Shown: one piece after another, positions 50,246 to 62,600 of the stretch
How the letters are laid out: each line of letters opens with the position of its first letter
Position numbering within the stretch: position 1 is the first letter of the stretch
Origin: Leidyana gryllorum EB-2025a
Lineage: Eukaryota; Protista; Apicomplexa
DNA: 64,000 nucleotides
NCBI GenBank assembly: GCA_048772705.1
Contig: JBLWGC010000180.1
Location: forward strand, 92,709-156,708
Reading direction: 5' to 3'
Notes under the pieces: generated by a model
Told to the model about the DNA's origin: nothing
The model's database searches: none
Seen by the model: the letters and a program-made list of their open reading frames with translations, nothing else
Translations under genes and position numbers: made by a program

Positions 50246-53200
50246 TGTGCAGGTCGGCGAAACCCGCAAGGGTGAGCCCGACCATTACCGTAGGTTTTTT
50301 GGGGGTTCTTAGGGGGTACCAGAAACGACTTTTAGTGAAATAGGAATTTGATTAGGAGCTCTAGACTAGCTCTCTCGCTTACCTTAGGAATAGTAGTGGC
50401 CTGATTAGTTAGCAGCCAGATTTTAGGCGAAATCTCACCGCTAGAATAGGAGATAGGCGACTCTCTCGAGCTCTCTGAGACACGAGAAGGCCTGATTTTT
50501 GCAAAAATGAGACTTCCCAAACTTCAATTGGCTCGTTCGCTACAGCAAACTAGCCTCCCATCGAGATGTAAGGGTCGTCAGACTCCTTAATTTAGCTCTC
50601 GTGCGGCTCGCAAGCAACAGATAGCAGCCCAAACGAGCCACTTTTCCCAAGATTTGGTGTGCGAGACGTGGGACTTGGACTGTTATTTTTGTTCTCAGAT
50701 CCAAAAAGCCCTCTTCTCGCTCGCGCTCGCTTTCTTCCCCCCCAGATGTTCCCAAGACGTGACCTCGTGCCACTCAGACTGGTCTGGCACGTTCCCACAC
50801 CAAGTAAGTTCCCACACCTCATCCCCACACATCCCAGAACGCCCCCAAGGAGCTTCGCCACTTTGCGACCAGAGCCTCACCTCCCCATTGTGCAGTTTTT
50901 ATCCCAGCCAACTGACCCCCATTCGCTACCTGCCCCAACCAGCATCCAGTGACGCCCCAGCTAACATCTCATTGAGTCATTCTCAGTCTCCCCTACCGCA
51001 TTTCTCGTCTACTGAGGTTATTGGGTGTCTCTAAGCGAAATTTATCACATTTTTTGATGTCGTCACCCTTATCTCGTTACAAGTTTATCGGTGTTTTTTG
51101 ATGTCGTCATCCTTATCTCGTTACAAATTCATCGGAATTTTTCATGTCGTCATCCTTAACCCGTTACTAATTCATCGGAATTTTTCATGTCGTCATCCTT
51201 AACCCCTTACCAAATTTTTCAAAAAAGCAGAGTTCGTCACCAGTGTGCAACTTGTACCAGATGATACTTGTGTTACACATCTCTTTGTAGCACCTTCAAT
51301 ACCCCTTTGCAACATGTTCGAGACTTGTTTGCGACATGTTTGACACTTGTTTGCTACCTGTTTCCTACTTGTTTGCTACTTGCTTGCTACTTGTTTGACA
51401 CTCGTTTGACACTTGTTTGCTACATGCTTTACACTTGCTTGCCACTTCTTTGCCACATCTTTCATACTTCTTTGACACTCAGTTGAGACTTGTTCGCCAC
51501 ATGTTAAACACTTTTCTGCCACATATTTCACACTTGTTTGACTCTCGTTTGACACGTGTTTGCCACTTCTTTGCCACATGTTTAACACTTGTTTGAAACT
51601 CCGTTGAGACTTGTTCACCACATGTTTAACACTTTTTTCCCACATGTTCCACACTTGTTTGACACTCGTTTGAAACTTGTTTGCCGCATGCTTTACACTT
51701 GCTTGCCAGTTCTTTGCCACATGTTTAACACTTGTTTGAAACTGCCACATGTTTAACACTTTTTTGCCACATGTTCCACACTTGTTCGACACTCGTTTGA
51801 CACTTGTTTGCTACTTGTTTGATACTTCTTTGAAACTTGTTTGCCACATGCTTTACACTTGCTTGCCAGTTCTTTGCCACATATTTAACACTTGTTTGAA
51901 ACTCCGTTGAGACTTGTTCGCCACATGTTTAACACTTTTTTGCCACATGTTCCACACTTGTTTGCCACATGTTCCACACTTGTTTGACACTCGTTTGACA
52001 CTTGTTTGCGACATCTTTGGCACTTGTTTTGCTACTTGTTTGCCACGTGTTACACACATGCTTCTCACTTGTTTGACACATGTTTGCCACATGCTTGACA
52101 CTTGCTTGATACATGTTTGACACTTGTTTGCGAGTTGTTTGACACTTGTTTGCCACATGTTTGCTACTCTTTTGACACTTGTTTGCGAGTTGTTTGCAAC
52201 ATGTTTGAGACTTGTTGCGAACTTGTTTGACCCTTGCTTCGCGACATGTTTGACACTTGTTTGCAACATGTTCGAGCCTTGTTTGACACTGGTTTCCGAG
52301 TTGTTTGACACTTGTTTCACACTGCTACTTGATAGGTACTTAAATGACACTTCTTACAAGTCATTTGAACTCATACATATCGTTCCGGAGCAATTGCACG
52401 CAAGATTGATGCAATTGGTTCGTTCTGCTTATCACATTCACGATACGTTGCTAACTATTCCATCAATAAATAATTCTCACAGAAACAATGGGTACGGGGA
52501 AGCGCCCGAGCGAAGCGACAAGGGCGCTCCCCACACCCCATCAATACTTCCTCACGCACACTATTACTCAATATACATATCAGCCTTAACATCCCGCTCG
52601 TACACTAACAATTCGAATACTCATAACTCTTAGCATATATACACTCTCTCAATGTTTTATAGCAAACAACTGACCACCACCCTCTTACCACACCTCGAAC
52701 TACATCACAATTGTCAATATACTCCTATTAACCTACCTATCATTAGCCAAATTCATGTCGTCCGAATCAACACCCAAATATCATGCATAACTTGACCCCA
52801 TACACATATTCTTACAGATACCCATTCACTCCAATACATAACGTCCACGATACGCATTGGACTCACGACATTCTTCTCAACACTCTCAATTCAACTCCGA
52901 TGTATTTGATTCCCCTATATCTAGCATTACAAGCTTTCATACCTCTCCAAATACTCCCTCACTTAACGAGCGAATCGCTGACTCACTCTAGACCCTTCAC
53001 ACCTAACAGACAAACCATCTAAACCAATATCACTCACACATAACCTTCCAAGTTGCTCCATATTCACTTTAGCAAACTGAGCATACTACACATCACAGCA
53101 CAGTTACCAAAATACACGCCATACACTCATACAATCATGCATCTCCAGCTCATATAGTCTCACCAATCAATACATAACAAGCACGATACCTGTCAACATA

Positions 53201-53448
53201 CTAAGCAACACAGCTATATCGTCACAGTCTTTTATTAGCACAATACACACCACATCAGACCTTACTTGCGCACGCTACAGCAACCGGAACGTGTAGAGAA
53301 TTGAAAGCTAAACAGTCGCAAACACGCAAACACAGTACAATGCAGCGATAAACAACCACATAAACCACATAATCCAAAAGCAAACAGCAGTCACAACAGC
53401 CATCGAAGCCGACCGAAACGCCGAACCAAAGGTTACAGGCAAACTAGT
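50246..53448 (+). mobile_element. Helitron2-like non-autonomous element copy 3 (complete, 3203 bp)
   Basis: Both termini intact, no TSD, T^C target. Confidence 0.85.
51305..52330. repeat. 11-bp minisatellite, copy 3
   Basis: Same unit as above. Confidence 0.92.
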
Positions 53449-54156
53449 CGAATACTCATAACTCTTAGCATATATACACTCTCTCAATGTTTTATAGCAA
53501 ACAACTGACCACCACCCTCTTACCACACCTCGAACTACATCACAATTGTCAATATACTCCTATTAACCTACCTATCATTAGCCAAATTCATGTCGCCCGA
53601 ATCAACACTCAAATCCTATGCATAACTTGACTCCATCCGCATATTCTTACAAATTCCCATTCACTCCAATAAATAATGTCCACGATACGCATTGGACTCA
53701 TGACATTCTTCTCAACACTCTCAATTCAACTCCGATGTATTTGATTCCCCTATATCTAGCATTACAAGCTTTTATAGTCACAACAGCCATCGAAGCCGAC
53801 CGAAACGCCGAACCAGCACAGTTACCAAAATACACGCCATACACTCATACAATCATGCATCTCCAGGTCTCACAAATCAATACATAACAAGCACGATACC
53901 TGTCAACATACTAAGCAACACAGCTATATCGTCACAGTCTTTTATTAGCACAATACACACCACATCAGACCTTACTTGCGCACGCTACAGCAACCGCAAC
54001 GTGTAGAGAATTGAAAGCTAAACATTCGCGAACACGCAAACACAGTACAATGCAGCGATAAACACACATAAACCACATAATCCAAAAGCAAACAGCAGTC
54101 ACAACAGCCATCGAAGCCGACCGAAACGCCGAACCAAAGGTTACAGGCAAACTAGT

Positions 54157-54302
54157 CTGTTTGTGTCGTATGCGTGATGTAACGTGTGTGCTACGAGAGT
54201 TAGCGTTTTTTGGCGTTGTTGATCTGAACTAACTAAGAACTGAATTCACTGGAACACGATGACTAATCGACGAACAACTACTACGAAACGAACTGTAGAG
54301 TT
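54157..54302 (+). mobile_element. Second LTR-like sequence, part 2
   Basis: TTTTTGGCGTTG...ATGACT parallels TTTTTGGAGTTG...ATGACT in the chromovirus LTR. Interrupted by copy 4. Confidence 0.45.
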
Positions 54303-55161
54303 TGTGCAGGTCGGCGAAACCCGCAAGGGTGAGCCCGACCATTACCGTAGGTTTTTTGGGGGTTCTTAGGGGGTACCAGAAACGACTTTTAGTGAAATAG
54401 GAATTTGATTAGGAGCTCTAGACTAGCTCTCTCGCTTACCTTAGGAATAGTAGTGGCCTGATTAGTTAGCAGCCAGATTTTAGGCGAAATCTCACCGCTA
54501 GAATAGGAGATAGGCGACTCTCTCGAGCTCTCTGAGACACGAGAAGGCCTGATTTTTGCAAAAATGAGACTTCCCAAACTTCAATTGGCTCGTTCGCTAC
54601 AGCAAACTAGCCTCCCATCGAGATGTAAGGGTCGTCAGACTCCTTAATTTAGCTCTCGTGCGGCTCGCAAGCAACAGATAGCAGCCCAAACGAGCCACTT
54701 TTCCCAAGATTTGGTGTGCGAGACGTGGGACTTGGACTGTTATTTTTGTTCTCAGATCCAAAAAGCCCTCTTCTCGCTCGCGCTCGCTTTCTTCCCCCCC
54801 AGATGTTCCCAAGACGTGACCTCGTGCCACTCAGACTGGTCTGGCACGTTCCCACACCAAGTAAGTTCCCACACCTCATCCCCACACATCCCAGAACGCC
54901 CCCAAGGAGCTTCGCCACTTTGCGACCAGAGCCTCACCTCCCCATTGTGCAGTTTTTATCCCAGCCAACTGACCCCCATTCGCTACCTGCCCCAACCAGC
55001 ATCCAGTGACGCCCCAGCTAACATCTCATTGAGTCATTCTCAGTCTCCCCTACCGCATTTCTCGTCTACTGAGGTTATTGGGTGTCTCTAAGCGAAATTT
55101 ATCACATTTTTTGATGTCGTCACCCTTATCTCGTTACAAGTTTATCGGTGTTTTTTGATGT

Positions 55162-58100
55162 TGTGCAGGTCGGCGAAACCCGCAAGGGTGAGCCCGACCA
55201 TTACCGTAGGTTTTTTGGGGGTTCTTAGGGGGTACCAGAAACGACTTTTAGTGAAATAGGAATTTGATTAGGAGCTCTAGACTAGCTCTCTCGCTTACCT
55301 TAGGAATAGTAGTGGCCTGATTAGTTAGCAGCCAGATTTTAGGCGAAATCTCACCGCTAGAATAGGAGATAGGCGACTCTCTCGAGCTCTCTGAGACACG
55401 AGAAGGCCTGATTTTTGCAAAAATGAGACTTCCCAAACTTCAATTGGCTCGTTCGCTACAGCAAACTAGCCTCCCATCGAGATGTAAGGGTCGTCAGACT
55501 CCTTAATTTAGCTCTCGTGCGGCTCGCAAGCAACAGATAGCAGCCCAAACGAGCCACTTTTCCCAAGATTTGGTGTGCGAGACGTGGGACTTGGACTGTT
55601 ATTTTTGTTCTCAGATCCAAAAAGCCCTCTTCTCGCTCGCGCTCGCTTTCTTCCCCCCCAGATGTTCCCAAGACGTGACCTCGTGCCACTCAGACTGGTC
55701 TGGCACGTTCCCACACCAAGTAAGTTCCCACACCTCATCCCCACACATCCCAGAACGCCCCCAAGGAGCTTCGCCACTTTGCGACCAGAGCCTCACCTCC
55801 CCATTGTGCAGTTTTTATCCCAGCCAACTGACCCCCATTCGCTACCTGCCCCAACCAGCATCCAGTGACGCCCCAGCTAACATCTCATTGAGTCATTCTC
55901 AGTCTCCCCTACCGCATTTCTCGTCTACTGAGGTTATTGGGTGTCTCTAAGCGAAATTTATCACATTTTTTGATGTCGTCACCCTTATCTCGTTACAAGT
56001 TTATCGGTGTTTTTTGATGTCGTCATCCTTATCTCGTTACAAATTCATCGGAATTTTTCATGTCGTCATCCTTAACCCGTTACTAATTCATCGGAATTTT
56101 TCATGTCGTCATCCTTAACCCCTTACCAAATTTTTCAAAAAAGCAGAGTTCGTCACCAGTGTGCAACTTGTACCAGATGATACTTGTGTTACACATCTCT
56201 TTGTAGCACCTTCAATACCCCTTTGCAACATGTTCGAGACTTGTTTGCGACATGTTTGACACTTGTTTGCTACCTGTTTCCTACTTGTTTGCTACTTGCT
56301 TGCTACTTGTTTGACACTCGTTTGACACTTGTTTGCTACATGCTTTACACTTGCTTGCCGCTTCTTTGCCACATCTTTCATACTTCTTTGACACTCAGTT
56401 GAGACTTGTTCGCCACATGTTAAACACTTTTCTGCCACATATTTCACATTTGTTTGACTCTCGTTTGACACGTGTTTGCCACTTCTTTGCCACATGTTTA
56501 ACACTTGTTTGACACTCGTTTGAAACTTGTTTGCCACATGCTTTACACTTGCTTGCCAGTTCTTTGCCACATGTTTAACACTTGTTTGAAACTCCGTTGA
56601 GACTTGTTCGCCACATGTTTAACACTTTTTTGCCACATGTTCCACACTTGTTCGACACTCGTTTGACACTTGTTTGCTACTTGTTTGATACTTCTTTGAA
56701 ACTTGTTTGCCACATGCTTTACACTTGCTTGCCAGTTCTTTGCCACATGCTTTACACTTGTTTGAAACTCCGTTGAGACTTGTTCGCCACATGTTTAACA
56801 CTTTTTTGCCACATGTTCCACACTGGTTTGACACTCGTTTGACACTCGTTTGACACTTGTTTGCGACATCTTTGGCACTTGTTTTGCTACTTGTTTGCCA
56901 CGTGTTACACACATGCTTCTCACTTGTTTGACACATGTTTGCCACATGCTTGACACTTGCTTGATACATGTTTGACACTTGTTTGCGAGTTGTTTGACAC
57001 TTGTTTGCCACATGTTTGCTACTCTTTTGACACTTGTTTGCGAGTTGTTTGCAACATGTTTGAGACTTGTTGCGAACTTGTTTGACCCTTGCTTCGCGAC
57101 ATGTTTGACACTTGTTTGCAACATGTTCGAGCCTTGTTTGACACTGGTTTCCGAGTTGTTTGACACTTGTTTCACACTGCTACTTGATAGGTACTTAAAT
57201 GACACTTCTTACAAGTCATTTGAACTCATACATATCGTTCCGGAGCAATTGCACGCAAGATTGATGCCATTGGTTCGTTCTGCTTATCACATTCACGATA
57301 CGTTGCTAACTATTCCATCAATAAATAAGTCTCACAGAAACAATGGGTACGGGGAAGCGCCCGAGCGAAGCGACAAGGGCGCTCCCCACACCCCATCAAT
57401 ACTTCCTCACGCACACTATTACTCAATATACATATCAGCCTTAACATCCCGCTCGTACACTAACAATTCGAATACTCATAACTCTTAGCATATATACACT
57501 CTCTCAATGTTTTATAGCAAACAACTGACCACCACCCTCTTACCACACCTCGAACTACATCACAATTGTCAATATACTCCTATTAACCTACCTATCATTA
57601 GCCAAATTCATGTCGTCCGAATCAACACCCAAATATCATGCATAACTTGACCCCATACACATATTCTTACAGATACCCATTCACTCCAATACATAACGTC
57701 CACGATACGCATTGGACTCACGACATTCTTCTCAACACTCTCAATTCAACTCCGATGTATTTGATTCCCCTATATCTAGCATTACAAGCTTTCATACCTC
57801 TCCAAATACTCCCTCACTTAACGAGCGAATCGCTGACTCACTCTAGACCCTTCACACCTAACAGACAAACCATCTAAACCAATATCACTCACACATAACC
57901 TTCCAAGTTGCTCCATATTCACTTTAGCAAACTGAGCATACTACACATCACAGCACAGTTACCAAAATACACGCCATACACTCATACAATCATGCATCTC
58001 CAGCTCATATAGTCTCACCAATCAATACATAACAAGCACGATACCTGTCAACATACTAAGCAACACAGCTATATCGTCACAGTCTTTTATTAGCACAATA

Positions 58101-58303
58101 CACACCACATCAGACCTTACTTGCGCACGCTACAGCAACCGGAACGTGTAGAGAATTGAAAGCTAAACAGTCGCAAACACGCAAACACAGTACAATGCAG
58201 CGATAAACAACCACATAAACCACATAATCCAAAAGCAAACAGCAGTCACAACAGCCATCGAAGCCGACCGAAACGCCGAACCAAAGGTTACAGGCAAACT
58301 AGT
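55162..58303 (+). mobile_element. Helitron2-like non-autonomous element copy 5 (complete, 3142 bp)
   Basis: Both termini intact, no TSD, T^C target. Confidence 0.85.
56220..57190. repeat. 11-bp minisatellite, copy 5
   Basis: Same unit as above. Confidence 0.92.
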
Positions 58304-58501
58304 CGTCATCCTTATCTCGTTACAAATTCATCGGAATTTTTCATGTCGTCATCCTTAACCCGTTACTAATTCATCGGAATTTTTCATGTCGTCATCCTTA
58401 ACCCCTTACCAAATTTTTCAAAAAAGCAGAGTTCGTCACCAGTGTGCAACTTGTACCAGATGATACTTGTGTTACACATCTCTTTGTAGCACCTTCAATA
58501 C

Positions 58502-59406
58502 CCCTTTGCAACATGTTCGAGACTTGTTTGCGACATGTTTGACACTTGTTTGCTACCTGTTTCCTACTTGTTTGCTACTTGCTTGCTACTTGTTTGACAC
58601 TCGTTTGACACTTGTTTGCTACATGCTTTACACTTGCTTGCCACTTCTTTGCCACATCTTTCATACTTCTTTGACACTCAGTTGAGACTTGTTCGCCACA
58701 TGTTAAACACTTTTCTGCCACATATTTCACACTTGTTTGACTCTCGTTTGACACGTGTTTGCCACTTCTTTGCCACATGTTTAACACTTGTTTGAAACTC
58801 CGTTGAGACTTGTTCACCACATGTTTAACACTTTTTTCCCACATGTTCCACACTTGTTTGACACTCGTTTGAAACTTGTTTGCCACATGCTTTACACTTG
58901 CTTGCCAGTTCTTTGCCACATGTTTAACACTTGTTTGAAACTCCGTTGAGACTTGTTCGCCACATGTTTAACACTTTTTTGCCACATGTTCCACACTTGT
59001 TTGACACTCGTTTGACACATGCTTTACACTTGCTTGCCAGTTCTTTGCCACATGTTTAACACTTGTTTGAAACTCCGTTGAGACTTGTTTGCCACATGTT
59101 TAACACTTTTTTGCCACATGTTCCACACTTGTTTGACACTCGTTTGACACTTGTTTGCGACATGTTTGCGACATCTTTGCGACATGTTTGCGACATCTTT
59201 GACACTTGTTTTGCTACTTGTTTGCCACGTGTTACACACACGTTTGCCACTTGTTTCCTACATGTTTGCCACATGTTTCACACTTGTTTGACACTCGTTT
59301 GACACTTGTTTGCGACATCTTTGACACTTGTTTTGCTACTTTTTTGCCACGTGTGACACACATGTTTGCCACTTGTTTGTTGCCACATGTTTCACACCTG
59401 TTTGAC
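58502..59406. repeat. 11-bp minisatellite, copy 4 (target of the chromovirus)
   Basis: Same unit; it ends abruptly at the LTR TGTA. Confidence 0.92.
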
Positions 59407-59621
59407 TGTAACTACTGGTACTACAGGTGGCTTCGGTGGGTTCACTGTCAGGTTCATTAGCTGTATTGTTCTTAGATTTCTTCTGAGTTCTTGTAGTCAT
59501 TTTCAGTCTAATCTCAACTCCAAAAACCACACCACACGCGTGCGTGTCTGTACTCGCCGTGTCTCCGGCCGGCCGGTCCGTGCCGGTCTCGGAGACACAG
59601 ACTTACCTAGTGTTCGCTACA
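59407..59621 (-). repeat. 3' LTR (215 bp)
   Basis: TGTAGCG...GTTACA in element sense; identical to 63789-64000. Confidence 0.95.
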
Positions 59622-59642
59622 CTCCTCCCCACCTCTTCTTCT
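59622..59642 (-). promoter_or_regulatory. Polypurine tract
   Basis: AGAAGAAGAGGTGGGGAGGAG immediately precedes the 3' LTR. Confidence 0.9.
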
Positions 59643-62600
59643 AAAGGTCTTGGCCCTGAACTTCATCTGTTGAGAAATGCATGTTGCTCGGTTGTTTCCT
59701 GTTCCATTCTCTTCTGTATTCCTTCACTAAGTCCTCCGCCAATGCTTCTCTAATGGTGGATATCGGCTCCCATGTGCGCTCTCTCTCTCCAAAGCCAGCC
59801 CAGTCTATGAGCCATTCCATTGGACGGCCGGTCATGTAGCCTCCCCTCTGTCCGCAAACCTTGTTCATGACATAGGTTGTGGTGTCTTCGGATGGATGTG
59901 GGCCTGCAAATGGTTTCAGTCTCGATGCATGAAATTTCTTGTGGCATCTCCATGATGCTGGTAAGTTCAGCTGGTAAACATCTCCTGGCCCTTTGGCTGT
60001 TACTTCATAGGGTCCACAGAAGGGCTTGGTCAGTTTGTGCATTGGCAATCCTCTCAAACCTTTGGTGTGTAGTAACGCCCAGTCTCCTTCGTTTATATTC
60101 GGCCTGGATCGCCCTTTGTCGTACTGTTTCGCTTGTCTGGTCGCCGCTTCCATCCATCTGTCCTTGATAATCTGAAGTCGTTCCTCTGTGAGCCACGCTG
60201 CCACTGTTGGGTTCGTTATGGATTCCATCGTGGATGGAAGTCTCGGCTGCAACCCACACTCTGCTTCGAATGGTGTCAGTCCCGTTGATTCGTTCATCAT
60301 TGTGTTGTATCCCAACTCTAGGGCTGGTATTCTTTCTGTCCATTTGGGGACCGCCTCTTCGCACAGTGTCCTCAGCATCTGGATAATCGTTCGGTTTGCC
60401 CTCTCAACTAATCCATTCGTTTGAGGATGGGCTGACGTCGTTGGTTTCAGGGTTGTTCCCCTTTTTTTGAATAGCTCTGTCCAGAGTTCCGACATCCATC
60501 TCGTGTCCCGGTCTGCCACAATGAACTTGGGGTAGCCATGTTGTCGTACTATCCTGTTCATTACAATCTCTGCACACTGTGCTGCCGTGACGCTCAAGGT
60601 GCATGGTTCTAGGATTATTCTCCTCGTTAGGCGGTCGATTGCCACAAATAATTCGTCCATGCCGTTCGTGGGATCTGGTGGAAGTGCCAGTAGATCAATT
60701 GATATACCTTCCCATGGGAGGTCGGGCGGTGAAATGGGATTCAGCAGTCCCAAGGGGTCGACGGTTTGCTTTGGCCCGTTGGCACGTTGTACAGTTTCGG
60801 CAGAAGGTTCGAACGTCGTTCGCCATTCCTGGCCAGGTATACTGGCCCGCTAGCCTGTGTAGAGTGCGCACGTGGCCCATATGTCCTGCCAGCGTTGAGG
60901 TGTGACTCTCTTCCAAGGTTTCTTCCCTTAGTCCCTGTCCTGGCGGTACATATATCCGTCCTTCATGATTAAAAATCAATCCTTGGCTTCCTCTTTCCAT
61001 TCCTTCCGGTGGTTCAGTCCGGTTCGAGATTTCCTGCAGTCTTTCCGCAAAGGTTGATCTTACTTGTGTTTCGGTCGCCATCATCACAGTCGGTGCGGTC
61101 GTTGGCTCCGTTTGTGGCATGTCTGGTCTAGATAAGATGTCTGCCAGTAAATTCTGTTCTCCCGGAATGTAGTCAATTCGGGTCGGAAATTGAGAGATTT
61201 TTATCAACCAACGTATGACCTTTGGGGATAGGTTCTTCAGTTTCACCAGCGTTGACAGCGGTTTGTGGTCCGTTTTCACGAGGAACGGCCTGGACATGAG
61301 ATAGAACTTCCATCTCTTGAGTGCCACTTCGATGGCATGCAGTTCGCGCTCGTGCACTGGCCAGTGCTGTTCCGTTGGATTGAGCATTTTGCTGAAGTTC
61401 TCTATGACCACCACCTCATCCGGTGCTACTTCCTGGGTCAACGCTGCTCCTATAGCTGTATTGGACGCATCCGTTGTCACCGTGAATGGGATTTGAGGGT
61501 TCACCAGGCCCAACTTTAAGTCCTCTGTGAACTGTTCCGTTAACAGATGCCATTTTTGTCGCCTGTCCGCAGTCCAGTTGATTGTTCTTTGGTCCTTTTC
61601 TGTGCTCAAAATTTTGTGAAATTCACTTGTGAGTTGGGCAAAATTCTTGATAAATCTACCATAATAGGTCATGGCCCCAATCACCTTCCTGAGCTCTTTG
61701 ATGGTGTTGGGTGGCTTCTTGGTTCGGAACGTTTTGAGTCTATCTATATCTGGGGTGAGACCTTCCGCGCTAAGCGTGTGTCCTATGAAATCCACTCGTT
61801 GTAGGAAGAAGGCTGACTTTCGTGGATGAACCTTTAGCTCATGTTGTTCCAGTGTTTGCAGGACGCTTCGTAGATGTTCTCTATGACTGGTAATGTTCTC
61901 GCTGTATACCAATATGTCATCTACATAGGCAAATACGTATTTCCCTATGGCTTCCTCGAGTATTTCTGCAATAAAGGCGACGAAGGCTCCCGGCGCATTG
62001 CGCAGTCCAAACGGTAAGACCGTATATTCGAACTTCCCAAATGGTGTCACAAAGGCGGTGTATTGTTGAGAGCCTGGCCTGATTCTCACTTGGTTATAAC
62101 CCGATTGTAAATCCAGTTTGCTGAACACCTTCGATCCTCTGACCGAGTTTGCTATTTCTTCTTGTCGTGCTAGTGGATAGTTGTAGGGCACTGTGCGCTC
62201 GTTAACAGCTTTGAAATTCACCACCAGTCGCGGAATTGGTGTATCTTTCTTCGGTACAAGAAAACAGGGTGATCCCCAAGGTGACTTCGATCGCTTGATT
62301 CTCCCTGCCTGCAGTAGTTCCTTTACCTGCCTCCTCATTTCCGCCGTTGCTTGCGGTGATGCTTGGTACGGATTTTGGTTCACTGGGTGCCCTGGCTGTA
62401 CTTGTATCTCAAAATCGTGGAACTGTCTTTCGGGTGGTAAGGTCGTTGGCGGTGTGAAGAGTTGGCCAAAGTCATTGGTTATCCAACTTTCCTCTGGTGG
62501 TACTCGAATGCTGGTAGGGTCAACTGCCTTTATTGGTATTATCGTGGTGAGGCATTGCTTGGGTAAATAGAAGCTTTCCACCACTCGTACCAACCCCTGC

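Larger units (their letters stand above)
47739..54156 (+). mobile_element. Helitron2-like non-autonomous element copy 2 (47739-50245 + 53449-54156), split by copy 3
   Basis: TGTGCAGG start and AAACTAGT end. Removing copy 3 restores ACAATT|CGAATAC. Confidence 0.8.
54303..59406 (+). mobile_element. Helitron2-like copy 4 (54303-55161 + 58304-59406), split by copy 5 and then by the chromovirus
   Basis: Removing copy 5 restores TGATGT|CGTCATCC. The satellite is cut off at the LTR at 59407. Confidence 0.8.

Noticed and set aside
52612-54156. An independent 0.8 kb TC...CTAG Helitron in tandem
   Set aside because: Better explained as the 3' part of copy 3 followed by the resumed 3' part of copy 2.
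47734-54165. Apparent 9-bp TSD CTGTTTGTG around copy 2
   Set aside because: TTGTG is part of the conserved terminus in all copies, and the other insertions show no TSD, so it is coincidental.
48760-59460. Repetitive ORFs (QTSVKHVANK / CLTLVCHMF) on both strands
   Set aside because: Translation artefacts of the 11-nt satellite, which cycles one peptide through all three frames.
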